A model generated the notes under the pieces. It was given only the letters and a program-made list of their open reading frames with translations, made no database searches and was not told the origin of the DNA. Position numbers and translations under genes: made by a program. A DNA stretch of 64,000 nucleotides from Scyliorhinus canicula (Eukaryota): the NCBI RefSeq assembly GCF_902713615.1, contig NC_052156.1, positions 111,267,120 through 111,331,119 of the forward strand, written 5' to 3'. Of the stretch, positions 1 to 12,589 are shown in pieces (within the stretch, counting starts at the first letter, position 1; each line of letters starts with the position of its first letter).

Positions 1-1196
1 GATTTTGCAGAGAGTCGGGTGGAGTGGCTGAAAGATCAGCTTCTGCTGCCACAGTTAGGGAGATGGGGGGGGGGGGGGGGGACTGTGGAACATGAGGCAG
101 CCTTGGGTTGTTTCTGACTCACAGCACTGCTCAACATGTGGTTAGACTCAGAACATCCTGTACGGAAACTGACTGCGCTTGTTTTCAGTTGCCGAAAACA
201 GGCCAGTTTGTCCCTGGAAGTGCTCAGGTTTCTTATTGTTTCAGATAAGAAATCACATTTCCAAAAACCATGCTCGGATCTTCATTTCTCCTCATTTTTA
301 CCACCGGCCATAATCGCCCACTAGCATTTCATGAAAGACAATCATTTGTTCAGCATGGCTGCACCCTGGTGCTCTTAAAAAAAAGAGTTGTCAGTTTAAA
401 TTACACACAAAATCTATCTAGTTTGCTGTAATGGATTCTTTGTTGGCCTCTGTCCGTTCTTATTTTGAAAGATAAGGTCCCCGAGATATATTATCACCAT
501 TTAAATGAAAAGCTTTGTCAGGACTGTTATTATGAAGAATTAGCGGCCGAAACATACATGGACTAAGATACAAACGGTACTAGATGGAGCCTTTCGAATA
601 TTGAACAAGTGGTATGAGCTTTCACTCTGTGGGATGGATTGCCCCAAAACTGGATCTAGGCCATGCAACTCTCCCGCTGCCAGACCAACCACTCACCCCC
701 ACATGAGGGAATGTAGGCCGCCTGCCACAGGTGAATGGCGCTGAGGAATGATGAGCCCATGAACCAGTCCAACTTCTCTTCCTTTCCCTCATCGACCAGG
801 ACGTAACTCTCGGGCAGAGGTGGAACGTACAAACCAAGAAACAGGAGTTGTCCATTCAGCCCCTAAAGCCTGCTCCGCCATTCAATAAGATCATGGCCGA
901 TCTGATTGTGGCCCCTACTCCCTACTTCTGCCTCCCCCCAGTAACCTTTGACTCTCTTGTCAGTCAATAATCCTTCTGCGTCTGCCTTAAAATATGTTCA
1001 TTGAGCCTGCCTAAACCGTATTGTGAGGAACAGAGTTGCAAAGACTCGCGACCCTCTGAGAGAAGAAAATACCCTCCACAACTCATATTTTAAAAGAGGC
1101 GCCCCTCATTTTTAACCTCTGCCGCCCAGTTCTAGTCTCTCCCACAAAGGGAAACATCCTTACAGCATCCACCCTGCCAAGTACCCTTGAGATCTT

Positions 1197-1514
1197 GGCC
1201 GGGATTCTCTAATCCCGCGGCCAAGTTCTGACTTCGGCGTGAAAAGCGGCGTAAACACTCCAGTGCCAATGGTCCTCGATTGTCAGGTATTCACCCCTTC
1301 CTAGGGGGCTAGGTCAAGAGTGGTCTCTGCTGCTCCAGCCGGCGCAGCCGGCGCGAGTCTGCACATGCGCACTGCAGCCAGCACATGTGTTTGCGCCGAC
1401 CCCCAGGCAATATGGCAGATCCCTACAGGGCCCGGCACGGAGGAACATAGGCCCCCACAGAAATAGCCGCCCGCCAATCGGTAGGCCCTGATCACAGGCC
1501 AGGCCACCAGGGAA

Positions 1515-1545
<31 letters not shown>

Positions 1546-1816
1546 CCCGGGGTTGGATCTCGCCGCTGCCCTCCAGGACGGCCCCCGCAGACAGAACTAC
1601 TAGGTCTCACCGTGTGGGACCATACATGACCCACGCCGGCGGGACTCGGCCGAACTCAGCCTGACGAGGCATGGAGAATCGCCGGGGAGACTGCTTTAAA
1701 CAGCTTCCGACTGACGTGGCGACGATCCAGCGGGCAACCGAGAATCGGCGCCGGAGCAACGTGGCGCGACTCTCCCGCCCACCCCGGGGATTCCCGGGGT
1801 CGGAGAATCTCGGCCC
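1197..1816. mobile_element. GC-rich Harbinger-type MITE inserted in a CR1 fragment
   Basis: TIR GGCCGGGATTCTC / GAGAATCTCGGCC; internal poly-C tract. Confidence 0.72.
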
Positions 1817-2029
1817 TGATGTTTCACCTCCAGTTAATAAAGACCCAATCTGTCCAACTTTTTCTTGTAAGATAACCCCACTTCACATCCCAGGTATCAG
1901 TCCAGTGAACCTTCTCTGAACTGTTTCCAACGTATTTATATCTTTTCTTAAATAAGGAGACCAAAACTGTGCATAGTACACCAGATGTGGTCTCATCGAC
2001 ACCTGGTACAAGTATGGCATTACATCCTT

Positions 2030-2729
2030 TTTTAGAAAAATATTTTTAGTGAACTTTAAAATTTTTATCTAAAAAATATACAACCAAAACAATATGAACA
2101 CCAATATCAAAAATTACAAACAACAGTAGTAACAGTAATCCCCCCAAAAAAAAAATACAACCTGACTGAGCAATCCCCCAAACCCCCCACTTCCACCGCC
2201 AACTCCACCCCCACCCCCCACTAACAGCTGACAGTGATCGATTCCTTAAAATGCAAAATGAAAGCTTGCCATCTATGGTAGAACCCTTCAATCAACCCCC
2301 TCACTGTATATTTGACCTTCTCAAGGTGCAGAAATTCCATCAAGTCACCTCGTCAACTAGCCACGCTGAAGTACTAGGTGGCACCGCTGACTCCAGCTCA
2401 GCAGAATTCGCCTCCGAGCAACCAATGAGGCAAATACCATGGCATCTGCCCCCGCACGCAACCTCATCTCCGGCCAATCCGAGACCCCAGATATAGCCAT
2501 TAGCGGGCAGGGCTCTAAATCAATATTTAAGATTGCTTATGTCGCACTAAAGAAAGACACCCAAAAACCTACCAATTTGGGACAGGAACAGAACATGTCT
2601 GTGTGATTTGTGGGCCCTCTTGAACACCGCTCACACCTATCCTCAACTCCCTCAAAAAATCTACTCATTCTAGCCTTGTGCCCTGAACACCACCTTGAGC
2701 TGTATCAAACTCAACCTTGGACACACACA
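2030..2729 (-). mobile_element. 5'-truncated L1-clade 3' fragment
   Basis: Reverse frame NHTDMFCSCPKLVGFW; 8-bp TSD ACATCCTT (2022-2029, 2730-2737). Confidence 0.7.
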
Positions 2730-2754
2730 ACATCCTTACTTTTATATTCTATTC

Positions 2755-2998
2755 TAACCGGGGGCTAGTTTAGCTCAGTTGGCTAGACAGCTGGTCCATA
2801 ATGTGGAGCGAGGCCAGCAGTGTGGGTTCAATTCCTGTACCTATGGCGGTTATTCATGAAGGCCCTGCTTACTCAACCTTTCCACTCACCTGAGGTGTGG
2901 TGGTCCTCAGGTTAAATCACCACCAGTCACCTCTTCCCCTCAAAGGGGAAAGAAAGCAGCCGATGGTCATCTGGGACTATGGTGACATTACCTTTACC
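2755..2998 (+). mobile_element. tRNA-derived SINE; related copies at ~5850-6072(+) and ~20020-20230(-)
   Basis: TAGCTCAGTTGG A box, GGTTCAATTCC B box, 12-bp TSD TATATTCTATTC (2743-2754, 2999-3010). Confidence 0.8.
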
Positions 2999-3596
2999 TA
3001 TATTCTATTCCTGCATTCCGGAAAGATAAGTCGACTTGGTGTTGATATTTAAGCCTGTTCTGCCCCCTCTCGTTTCCTCCTCTTCTGGAGCTACAGCATT
3101 GCCACATTTCCAAACCACCTTACTGGCAGTAGTGGTCTCATTTCTAATTAACTTCTAATCAGCTTGAATACCCTCAAGCTTATACAGTGCCAGCTCAAGG
3201 AAATCATTTGGGGGATCTTCGGAGGTCCAGCCTAGATACCTCACACCAACAGCAAATCCACCCTGGTTGAAGTTCCAGGCCTCCGGGTTATGAGGATGTT
3301 CTCTGTGTGGAAACATGTCCCATAGAGTTGAACTCCTGATTAATTCCACTTAATTTCCACCCCTTGCATCCATTTCTCTCCTTGTGATCATCACCCACTT
3401 CTTCCCCTACTTTTGTAAACTCCTCCAGCTCTACAGGTTTCTGTGCTCCTTTAATTCTGGCTTTCTGCACACCTCCAATTGCCTTTGTCCACAAGCTCTA
3501 GAATTCCCTCCTTGAGCTTCTTTGCCTCATCCTCCTCCTTTATCGCTCTTTAAAATCCACCACTTGGAGCAAGCTTTTGGTCACCTGTCTGTTATC

Positions 3597-3992
3597 TGTG
3601 TTGGTCTAACAGCGACTGCAACTGGATGCAGTAAAACGAAAAACAGGCTTCCGACACAGGAGATGGTCCAACACTGTTTTATTTAACCTGTTGATTGCTG
3701 TACATAATCTGCTGTGGGTTGACACTCTATTAATCTAACTGGTAACCTCCTACTGGCTTGACCAGACTAGCTCTCTATCACATGGTGATGATGTTCATTG
3801 GCCTGTGCACTGTTACTATCTCAGTAGCCGTGTCCTGTGAGAGAGGGAGAGCCTTAATGCCCTGTGGGCTTTATCGTGGTGGTGTCCTGTCTGGTGATTG
3901 GTTGTTCTGTGTTGTGTGTGTTCATTGGTTATCCTGTGTGTCAATCACTGCCTGTCTGCATCTCATGATATACACGAGTGGATATTATGACA
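3597..3992 (-). mobile_element. Solo LTR (396 bp), U3 related to 58134-58536
   Basis: TG...CA; TSD TTATC/CTATC; AATAAA on the minus strand near 3679-3684. Confidence 0.8.
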
Positions 3993-4409
3993 CTATCCTT
4001 ATATCTTCTTCTGTAGCTCATTGTCAACTTTTGTCTTTAATTAGACTGACGTGAAGCTTCTTATGTTTTTTTTCCACTATATTAAAGGTACTATATATGC
4101 TGTTTATATGTGTATTCCATTTTTAAATTGTGGGTAAAGTGAACTTTTTGAAATGCCCAAATGAACAGTAATTTTCTGTTATTAACATCAGGTGTTAACA
4201 ACCAGGATTTGTTTTTGCTTTCTTATTTAATTGGACGTCATGACAAGAGTTAAGAGAAATTAGCACTAGCAATTTAACTGCTCATTAAGTGTTTGATTCA
4301 TTAATAAAAGTGAATTCTTCAAAATTATTGTTTATAAAAGCTGAGTAACCCAATGTGAACTGTTTTTGTTTATGTTTATAATTGTACTGCAACATTGGTA
4401 TTTAACTAA

Positions 4410-4705
4410 ATAGAACAGTACAGCACAGAACAGGCCCTTCGGCCCTCGATGTTGTGCCGAGCAATGATCACCCTACTCAAACCCACGTATCCACCCTATA
4501 CCCGTAACCCAACAACCCCCCCTTAACCTTACTTTTTAGGACACTACGGGCAATTTAGCATGGCCAATCCACCTAACCCGCACATCTTTGGACTGTGGGA
4601 GGAAACCGGAGCACCCGGAGGAAACCCATGCACACACGGGGAGGACGTGCAGACTCCGCACAGACAGTGACCCAGCCGGGAATCGAACCTGGGACCCTGG
4701 AGCTG
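4410..4705 (-). mobile_element. V-SINE (HE1-like), 5'-truncated
   Basis: Near-identical to 25556-25908. Confidence 0.88.
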
Positions 4706-5235
4706 GAGTTTGGTTGTCACTATTCCAATGTGTGCATACAGCATAAAACTACATTTAAATCAAGATGCAAATTGCTGCGTGAAATCAGGAAGTACCAATT
4801 CCTTGGGATCATCCAAGGCCAAATTATAGTAAAACAAAAATAGTTCTGGATTATTGGGATAGATACTGCCAGAAAACTGTTGTGTTTATTTTTATTCATT
4901 CATGGATTACTGACCCAGTGGGCATCGCTGGACCAACATTTGCTGCCCATCCCTAATTGCCTTTGAACTGAGGCCATTTAAGAGTCATCCATATTACTGT
5001 GGGTCTGGAGTCACATGTAAGACAGACCAGGTAAGGACAGCAGATGGATTTTAATGGTGGGTAACAATGGTTTCATGGCCATTATTAGACATTTAATTCC
5101 AATTTTAAAAATTTAATTCAAATTTCACCATCTGCTTGGTCCCCAGAGTGTTTCCCTGGGTCTCTGGATTACTAAACCAGTGAGAATACCAGTACACCAC
5201 TATAGAACCTACAACATAGAAAAAAAATTCCAAGA

Positions 5236-5810
5236 ATACTAAATATCCATGGATTGACAGAGGGGAATGTGCAACAAGACCCAGGTGTCCTTGTGCACCA
5301 GTTGCTGAAGGTAAGCATGCAGGTGCTGCAGGCAGAGAAGAAGGCAAATGGTATGTTGTCCTTCATAGCAAGAGGATTCAAGTACAGTAGCAGGGATGTC
5401 CTGCTACAGTTATATGGTGAGACCACACCTGAAATACTGTGTGAAGTTTAGGCCTCCTTGAGGAAGGATATTCTTGCTATGGAGGGAGTGCAGTGAAGGT
5501 TGACCAGGCTGATTCCTGGGATGGTGGGGACTGGCATATGAGGAGAGATTGAGTCGGTTTGGATTATATATAATGTAGTCGTGAAAAATGAGGAGGTAGC
5601 TCATAGAAACCTGTAAAATTCTAACAGGACTATGCCGTAGATGCAGGAAGGATGTTCCCGATGACAGGAAGTTAAGAACTAAGGATTACAGTCTAAGGAT
5701 ACAGGGTAAACCAATTAGGACTGGCATCAGAAGATCTTTCTTCACCCAGAGAGTGGTGAGCCTGTGGAATTTTCTACCACAGAAAGTAGTCGATGCCAAA
5801 ACATTGTATT
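5236..5810 (+). mobile_element. Degenerate CR1 3' fragment (others at ~836-2029, 9478-9766, 26820-27003, 33650-34140, 39900-40370, 60060-61600)
   Basis: KKANGMLSFIARG, RTRGHRL and TQRVV-type remnants. Confidence 0.75.
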
Positions 5811-6104
5811 AGCACAAACATGTTGGGCTGGCGTTTCTTCTGCTTTGTATCGCTCAGTTGGCTGGACAGATGGTTTGTGATGCAAAGTGAGGCAAACAGC
5901 ATTGATCCAATTCCTGTACCGGCTGAGGTCATTCATGAAGGTCCACTTTCTCAGCCTTGCCCCTCGCTTGAGGTGTGCTGATCCTCAGGTTAAATCATCA
6001 CCAGTCAGCCCTCTCCCTCAAAGGGGAATGCAGCCTATGGTCATCTGGGACAATGGCGACTTTACTTTTACTGTTAGCTCCAAACAGCCACTGCCTTTTC
6101 AGTT

Positions 6105-6325
6105 AACAAGTCACAAGATTACCAAATGTAAAGTGAACAACAATTTATATTGCATGAGAAGAGAGTGCTGATTGGTTGGCAAGTGGAATCAGAGTCCACT
6201 TGCCAACCAATCAGCACTCTCTTCTCATGCAATATAAATTGTTGTTCACTTTACATTTGGTAATCTTGTGACTTGTTCTGTTGAGTCCAAGATGAAAAGC
6301 TTCAATATCACATGTCTTTTACACT
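6105..6325. repeat. Perfect 83-bp inverted repeat (7-nt loop) followed by a degenerate hammerhead-like motif; probably Penelope-derived
   Basis: Arms 6105-6187 and 6195-6277 are exact reverse complements; CTGTTGAGTCCAAGATGAAAAGCTTC follows at 6278-6303. Confidence 0.8.
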
Positions 6326-6490
6326 CAGCACACAAGTTCTGCACTCCCAAACGACGATTGATAGCCGGATAATGAATAATAGCCACGATTCCCAACCAAT
6401 TTGACAGTTTAACACGCACTGGCATGACTACCATCTTAAATAGAGTGAAGAAATACAAAACTATTCAGGCAAATAACAGCAGTGCAATAA

Positions 6491-6682
6491 AGGCTGGAAT
6501 TATCCAGTCGTTGGGATTCTCTTTTCCCAATGCCAGTGCACCCCCGCCTGCAGGTTTCCTGGCAGCGTGGGGTGGCTTCAATGAGAAATCCCATTGGCAA
6601 GCGGCGGGAGTAGAGAATGCCGACGCCAGCAAATGGTGCATGGCCGAGAAACATGCGGCTGGGTGACCGGAAAATCCCACCC
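6491..6682. mobile_element. Short (~190 bp) Harbinger-type MITE; related copies at ~9767-9882, 32951-33126, 33228-33403
   Basis: Degenerate GGGCxGGATTCTC-type termini and a shared core (TTTCCCATTG/CAATGGGAAATC). Confidence 0.6.
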
Positions 6683-7544
6683 AAAATATTAACAATTGCA
6701 GTAAAGTCCATAATGGGTTAATTACTTTTCATGCTGAGTATCAGCAATTTTGACTTAAATGTTGCCAACCTCTCCGAATAACACAGTCTCTAATGCAAGA
6801 GTGAAACATTTTCTTGGGTTGTCATTAGCTAGAAACTGGTCTAAGTGCACATTAATCCAGCTCAATTCAACAGATTTATTCAGCACAACGAAAGCTTGAA
6901 GATGGTCTATGTTTCCACTAAAATCAGATATTCTCTTTGAGGAAAAGTGCTACTGTAATACAGACATGGAAGAAGCAAGCTGTTTAAATCAGCCTAATGA
7001 GGCAGCTGGATCAGACTAAATGGCAGAAACAGTGGCAGTTTGCTTTATTCTAATTAACCCAATCATTTTTAATAAAATGCCAGCATTATGGGATTTCAGT
7101 TCTCTCACATGTTACAAAAGAAGGCGAAGTAAAGGTCGAAATTAGTTTATCAGAAAACACAAGGGCGATATTTACGTAGTAACTGAAATTTGTCATTTTA
7201 ATTGAGGTCCCAATCTTATTGAATGTTAAGAACCTGCATAGTCATTTCCCTAATACTTTTGCATTCAGTTTAATTCCTGATTAATGCCTTGATACAAAAT
7301 GCATCAACCACTCATAAAAATGATTCATGCCATCCTCAACACAGCTTCTGTATATGTGCCTGACCACACTGCTCAATAGAGTACAGCTGTATAGATCAAA
7401 GGATCTGGAGATGTGATATTGAAAAGACAGATATCTATTTACCCAAAAACAATTTGCAAGATTAATTTCTAATCCCTCACAGTTTCCTCTCCATGTTACG
7501 CACCATTTGCATTAATTCAACATGGCAAAAATGAACTTGCATTC

Positions 7545-7848
7545 AGATAACACTTTTTGCAGATCCAGAAGACGCTTTGTAACCAATGAGACAATTTTGA
7601 AGTATAATCATGTTAATGCAGATGTGGCAGTCAATTTATACACAGCAGGATCACACAAACAGCAATGTGAGAATTGCCTGATAATTTGTTTTTAATTTTG
7701 TGGGCAGGATCCCAGGATATATACCCTGCTCTATTTTGAACAGCTGGAGGACCTTTTACATCAAGCTGAGGGGATAGACAGATGAAACATCCCATCCGAA
7801 AGAAAGTACATCTGAAGGTGCAGCACTCCCTCAAGTACTGTAGTGTCC
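7545..7848 (-). mobile_element. Deu-domain SINE (SacSINE1/AmnSINE1-like) remnant; another at ~49255-49450
   Basis: Reverse-strand Deu-core-like TCACATTGCTGTTTGTGTGATCCTGCTGTG..AAATTG. Confidence 0.6.
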
Positions 7849-7850
7849 AT

Positions 7851-8536
7851 GGCACGGGGACAGGCCTCGGAGGCCGCTCCTCTCACCTTATTCACCCCCA
7901 CCCCCGGGGGGCTAGGAGCGGTGCTCCGTAACTCTCGGCTGCCGGGCCTTGACGCTTGTGTCAAGGCGGTGCGCCGAGAATGACGCAACGGCGGCACCTA
8001 TGCGATGACAGCCGCGCATGCGCAGGTTGGCCGGCTCCAACCCGCGCATGCGCAGCTGACGTCACGCCGGCTGACGGCTCCAACCCGCGCATGCGCGGTT
8101 GTCGTCTTCCCCTCCGCTGCCCTGCAAGACCGTGGCGGCTTGATCTTACGGGACGGCGGAGGGGAAAGAGTGCGTCGCTTTGAGATGCTGGCCCGACGAT
8201 CAGTGGGCACCGATCGCGCGGGCCAGTCCCCTCCCGTGCACGGCCGTGGTGCTCACTCCCCTCTCCGCCCCCCACAAGCCTCATACCAGCATTTGGCGCC
8301 CATGTTCACGACGGCAGCGACCAGGTGTGGTTGCCGCCGTCGTGAACTGGTCAGGAACGGTAGGCCGCTCGGCCCATCCGGGCCGGAGAATCGCCGGTCG
8401 CCGTAAAAAACGGCGAGCGGCGATTCTTCCGAGCGGGGGGTGGGAGAATTGCGGGGGGCGCCGGGGGGGGGGTGTCGTAGTCGCCCGGCCCTCCCGCGAT
8501 TCTCCCACCCAGCGTGGGGAGCGGAGAATTCCGCCC
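7851..8536. mobile_element. GC-rich Harbinger-type MITE (left end truncated)
   Basis: Right end GGAGAATTCCGCCC; repeated GCGCATGCGC palindromes; GGAGAATCGC subterminal motifs shared with the family. Confidence 0.7.
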
Positions 8537-9922
8537 TAAGCTTCATGACAAATCAGTAATTCTGTCTCGATCCGAGACCCCAACAGCAGACCCTGTGGTA
8601 TCACCGACATCAACTTGCCTATTTCTACATTTAAACGTACGCATGTGAAATTGCTGTCACTTTTGTCCACTAATGACAGGGTGTACTGACAGCTTCCCCA
8701 TCATTACAAATGCAAATTGTGGGTCTTAATTATACACATTGTAGGTTTCTACTGGAAATAGCAGCTCAAAGATAATAATCAAAGAGATTAGCTGCAACAA
8801 TTTTTGTGCATTCATTCTAGCTGCTTCAACCTTAATAGACAGCGTGAACATTGTGAGCAGTTTATCGCTGGAGCCAAGCATAGACTGAGCAATGAAAAAT
8901 ATAAAAGTTCAAATCTCACCATGCCAAATGGGTGAAACTGGATTTCGTAGATCTGTCAAATTTTGCGGCTAGTGGTAGGCATTGCCTGAGAAGTAAAAAG
9001 CCAGCTGGTTCAAATATACTTCAGGGAAAGTAATTTATTATTCCTCTTGCTCCGGTCTACATGTGACTCCAATCTCACACTATGTGGCTGATCCTTAATT
9101 CTCTTGGGGAAACTAGGAACAGGCAATGAATACTGCCTTACCACTTTTGTCCTCACCAAAAGGAACAATGAGGAAAAATGTATTGGATTCCACATTAAAC
9201 AAGTAAAGAAAATTCTCAGTTACCAATGTCAGTTTATTCTTCACTATACCAGCATATGTCTTGGGCATCGATGTGTAGAGTGCTTCTGGGATTGGTGTTT
9301 TGACTCACTCAGCATTAAAAAGACACATGATCCAATTTAAGGCTCTCCACACACTGCATGCAACAGCAGTTTGCATTTATAAACCACAAGGCACTTCACA
9401 GGAGCGTTATCAACTGACATTTGATGCTGAGGTAAACTAGGATAATATGGGAATGGAGTTGACCAAAAGCTTGGTCCTCAGACTGATTCCTGGGATGCTG
9501 AAATTGATGTGCAAGGAGAGATTGAGTCGGTTAAGATTATATTAGCTGGAGTTCATCTCATAGTAATCTATAAAATTCTAACATGACTAGACAATGTAGA
9601 AGCAAGAAGGGTGTTCACAATGGTAGGGATGTCCAGAACCAGGGGTCACCGTCTGAGGATACGGGGTGAACCATTTAGGACTGAGGTGAAGAGAAATTTC
9701 TGCACACAGAGAGTAGTAAACTGTGGAATTCGCTACAACAGGAAACAGTTTAGATCAAAACATTGTGGGCGGGATTCTCCGGCCACGCCCACCTGGCAAC
9801 TGGAAATTCTCGCCCAAGATCAATGGACCTTACTTGATCTGTGTCCTGCCCGTGGCGATCTTGTGGTGGGTGGGGCAGAAGAATTACTGATTGGGGAAAG
9901 ATTGGGGCATTATTCTGAAGTA

Positions 9923-11082
9923 CCGTATATACTCGCATATCATGCGACTTTTGAAGACCTAAATTGTAACCTAAATTTGGGGGTTCGCATGATACGCGAG
10001 ATACAAAATTTGCGGGTGTTTTACTTGCTGTCTTTTCTGATGGAAAGAACACTTCCATTCTTAGTAACATCTTCATAAACTTCCTCTGTACTTTTCTCTA
10101 TTGGTTTTGAATTTGTAGCTAGTAAAAAGGAAGCAGTTGGGCCAGATACATTACTGCTCCTGGTAAACAAAAACAGCTCATTCTTTATGCATGTCTGTGG
10201 GTTGATTAATATGCTGCTGCTCCATTGTGAGCTGCCTGTGGGGGAAGCGCGGTTTCTGGTGGGTCACGGGATGGCCCTTCCACCATCACCATAAGCGTTC
10301 TGGGGTCTCCCACCCCTAATTGTCTCAGCCCTTATTCAATCCTTCTTCACCTAATACTTCAGCTGCCGGTCAGTTCTAGTGCATGACCACAGATTACCTT
10401 TAGCCATCACTGCTGTGCTCAGTGGGGGGGCGGGGGGGGGGGGGGGGGCGGTGAAGCGGATGGGGGTGCTGTGAGGGCCGCTGGTGAGAAGACAGATCAG
10501 CAGATGGCATTTATTTAGAGGACTACTCCAGACTGAGCTTTACCAGACTGTCATCCAGATGATGGCACAGTCGGCAGACTAAGGCAGGTAATTCCCTGGC
10601 AAAATCTGGCAGTTTCCAGCTGTCTTTACTAGCGTAATTCTGCCACTTGACGTTTCCATTCATAAAAACATGAATGGAAACGTCAAGTGGCTGAACATCT
10701 TCCCATCAGAATGCTGTGGTCAAAATTTGAAGAGTAGTACAGTATTCCTGATCATATGGGTAGTTTATTCAATACATGGCCGTCTTTTTCCGATACAGAA
10801 TTCGCGGGTGTTTTACTTGCCGTTTTTATGAATGGAAACGTCAAGTGGCAGAACGACGCTAGTAAAGACAGCTGGAAAGCTGTTCGATTCGCGAACAGCT
10901 TTCACAACAGAATCCAGTCTGCAGAATCCACAGACAATGATACCATTTGGAAGTTTTAGTTTGGGCATTAATTAAAAAGTGACTCGCATGATACATGAGA
11001 TATAGCATAGAATCATGTTTTGGGGACGAAAATTTAGGGGTCGCATGATACGCGAGATCGCATGATACGCGAGTATATACGG
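9923..11082. mobile_element. Non-autonomous Tc1/mariner-superfamily (pogo/Tc2-like) element
   Basis: 25-bp TIR CCGTATATACTCGC(A/G)TATCATGCGA (24/25), TA TSD on both sides, repeated TCGCATGATACGCGAG subterminal motifs. Confidence 0.88.
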
Positions 11083-11495
11083 TATATAGAAGAACCGGAT
11101 TCCACCTGTGTCAGAAGGAGGAAAAGTGACCCTGTGCCTGCATTCTCTGGGTTATGTGAATAAACCTGGGAAAGGCTGGCTCCAGATTACTCCTTTTCTC
11201 AGTGACTAAGCAATGAATTACATCACTTGTAACACCAACTCCCCATCACCAATATTCTCATCAGACTTATACCATTTATTGTGCAATTCATTTGTATGGA
11301 TTAAAATATACTCCCAAACTCAATGTGCGCAAAATGAAAATGTCGTAAACTTTGAGGTATCAGTTTAATTCTTCTAAAACACTGCCTTCATAAAAGGTTG
11401 CTATCGGCAAACCTTTTTGCATTTCTTTAGAAATAGGGTGAAATTATGGTTGAACGACTTCTGGTGGCGCAATATGAGGGGAAGAAACGCACAAG

Positions 11496-12200
11496 TGGTG
11501 GGATTCTCCGGTATCCAGCGGGCGGGCCGTACTGGAACCAAAGAGTAGCATGAACCACTCCGGTGTCGAGCCGCCCGGAAGGTGCGGAATTCTCCGCACC
11601 TTTGGGGGCTAGGCCGGCGCTGGAATGATTGGCGTTGCGCCAACTGCCGCCGAAGGGCCCCCACCGGCTGGCGCATGCTCAGGAGCGCCAGCGTGTTCCC
11701 AGAACTGCTAGCATGAATCTTGCGCATGTGCAGTGGGTTTCTTCTCCGCGCCGGCCATGGCGGAGCTTTACAGCAGCCGGCATGGTGGGAAAGAGTGCCC
11801 CCACGGCACAGGCCCGCCTGGAGATCGGTGGGCCACGATCACGGGCCAGGTCACCATGAGGGGGCCCTCCCAGGGCCAGATCCCTCCGCGCCCCCCCCCC
11901 CCCCCCCCCCAAGGACTCTGCAGGCCACCTGCAGAGCCAGTTCCTGCCGGTACAAAACTTGTGTAATTTACGCCGGCGGGTCTGGCCGAAAGCGGGCGGC
12001 CGCTCAGCCCATCGCGCAGCGGAGAATCACCGGTGGGGGGGTGCCGCTGCCAACGGCCCCCGAACGGCACGGCACGTTTCCCGGCCCCGCCAAAAATCCG
12101 GCGCCGGAGAATTCGGCAGCCAGGTACGGGGCGACGGGGTGGCATTCACGCTGCTTCCTGACGATTCTCTGGCCCGGCGGGGGGTTAGTGAATCCCGTCC
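11496..12200. mobile_element. GC-rich Harbinger-type MITE
   Basis: TIR-like TGGTGGGATTC / GAATCCCGTCC with 3-bp TSD AAG on both sides. Shares internal sequence with 43392-44064 and 61870-62551. Confidence 0.8.
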
Positions 12201-12589
12201 AAGATGTTTCTCGCTGGAAAACTGACCTTTTTCCCTTTTCTCTTGCACCATGGGTCCTTTACTTCTCTGAACTCTTGAAATTTAGCGGTCTAGAGTTCTC
12301 CCTTCTTTGAGGTGTCCAAGTTAGGCAGAACCAAGTACGATTTGATCCAAAATCGTCGGTGGCATGGTGGCCCAGTCGCTAGCACTGCTGCCTCACAGCT
12401 CCAGGGACCCAGATTTAATTCCCGCCTCGGGTAACTGTATGTGGAGTTTGCACTTTCTCCCCTTGTCTGCGTGAGTTTCCTCTGGGTGCTCCGGTTTCCT
12501 CCCATAGTCCAAAAATGTGCAGGTTGGGTGGATTGGTTGTGCTAAATTACACCTTAGTGACCAAAAAAAAGGTTAGGTGGGTACTTTCA

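Noticed and set aside
2760-2840. tRNA genes at SINE heads
   Set aside because: A/B boxes are present but run into SINE bodies with tails and TSDs; no complete cloverleaf.
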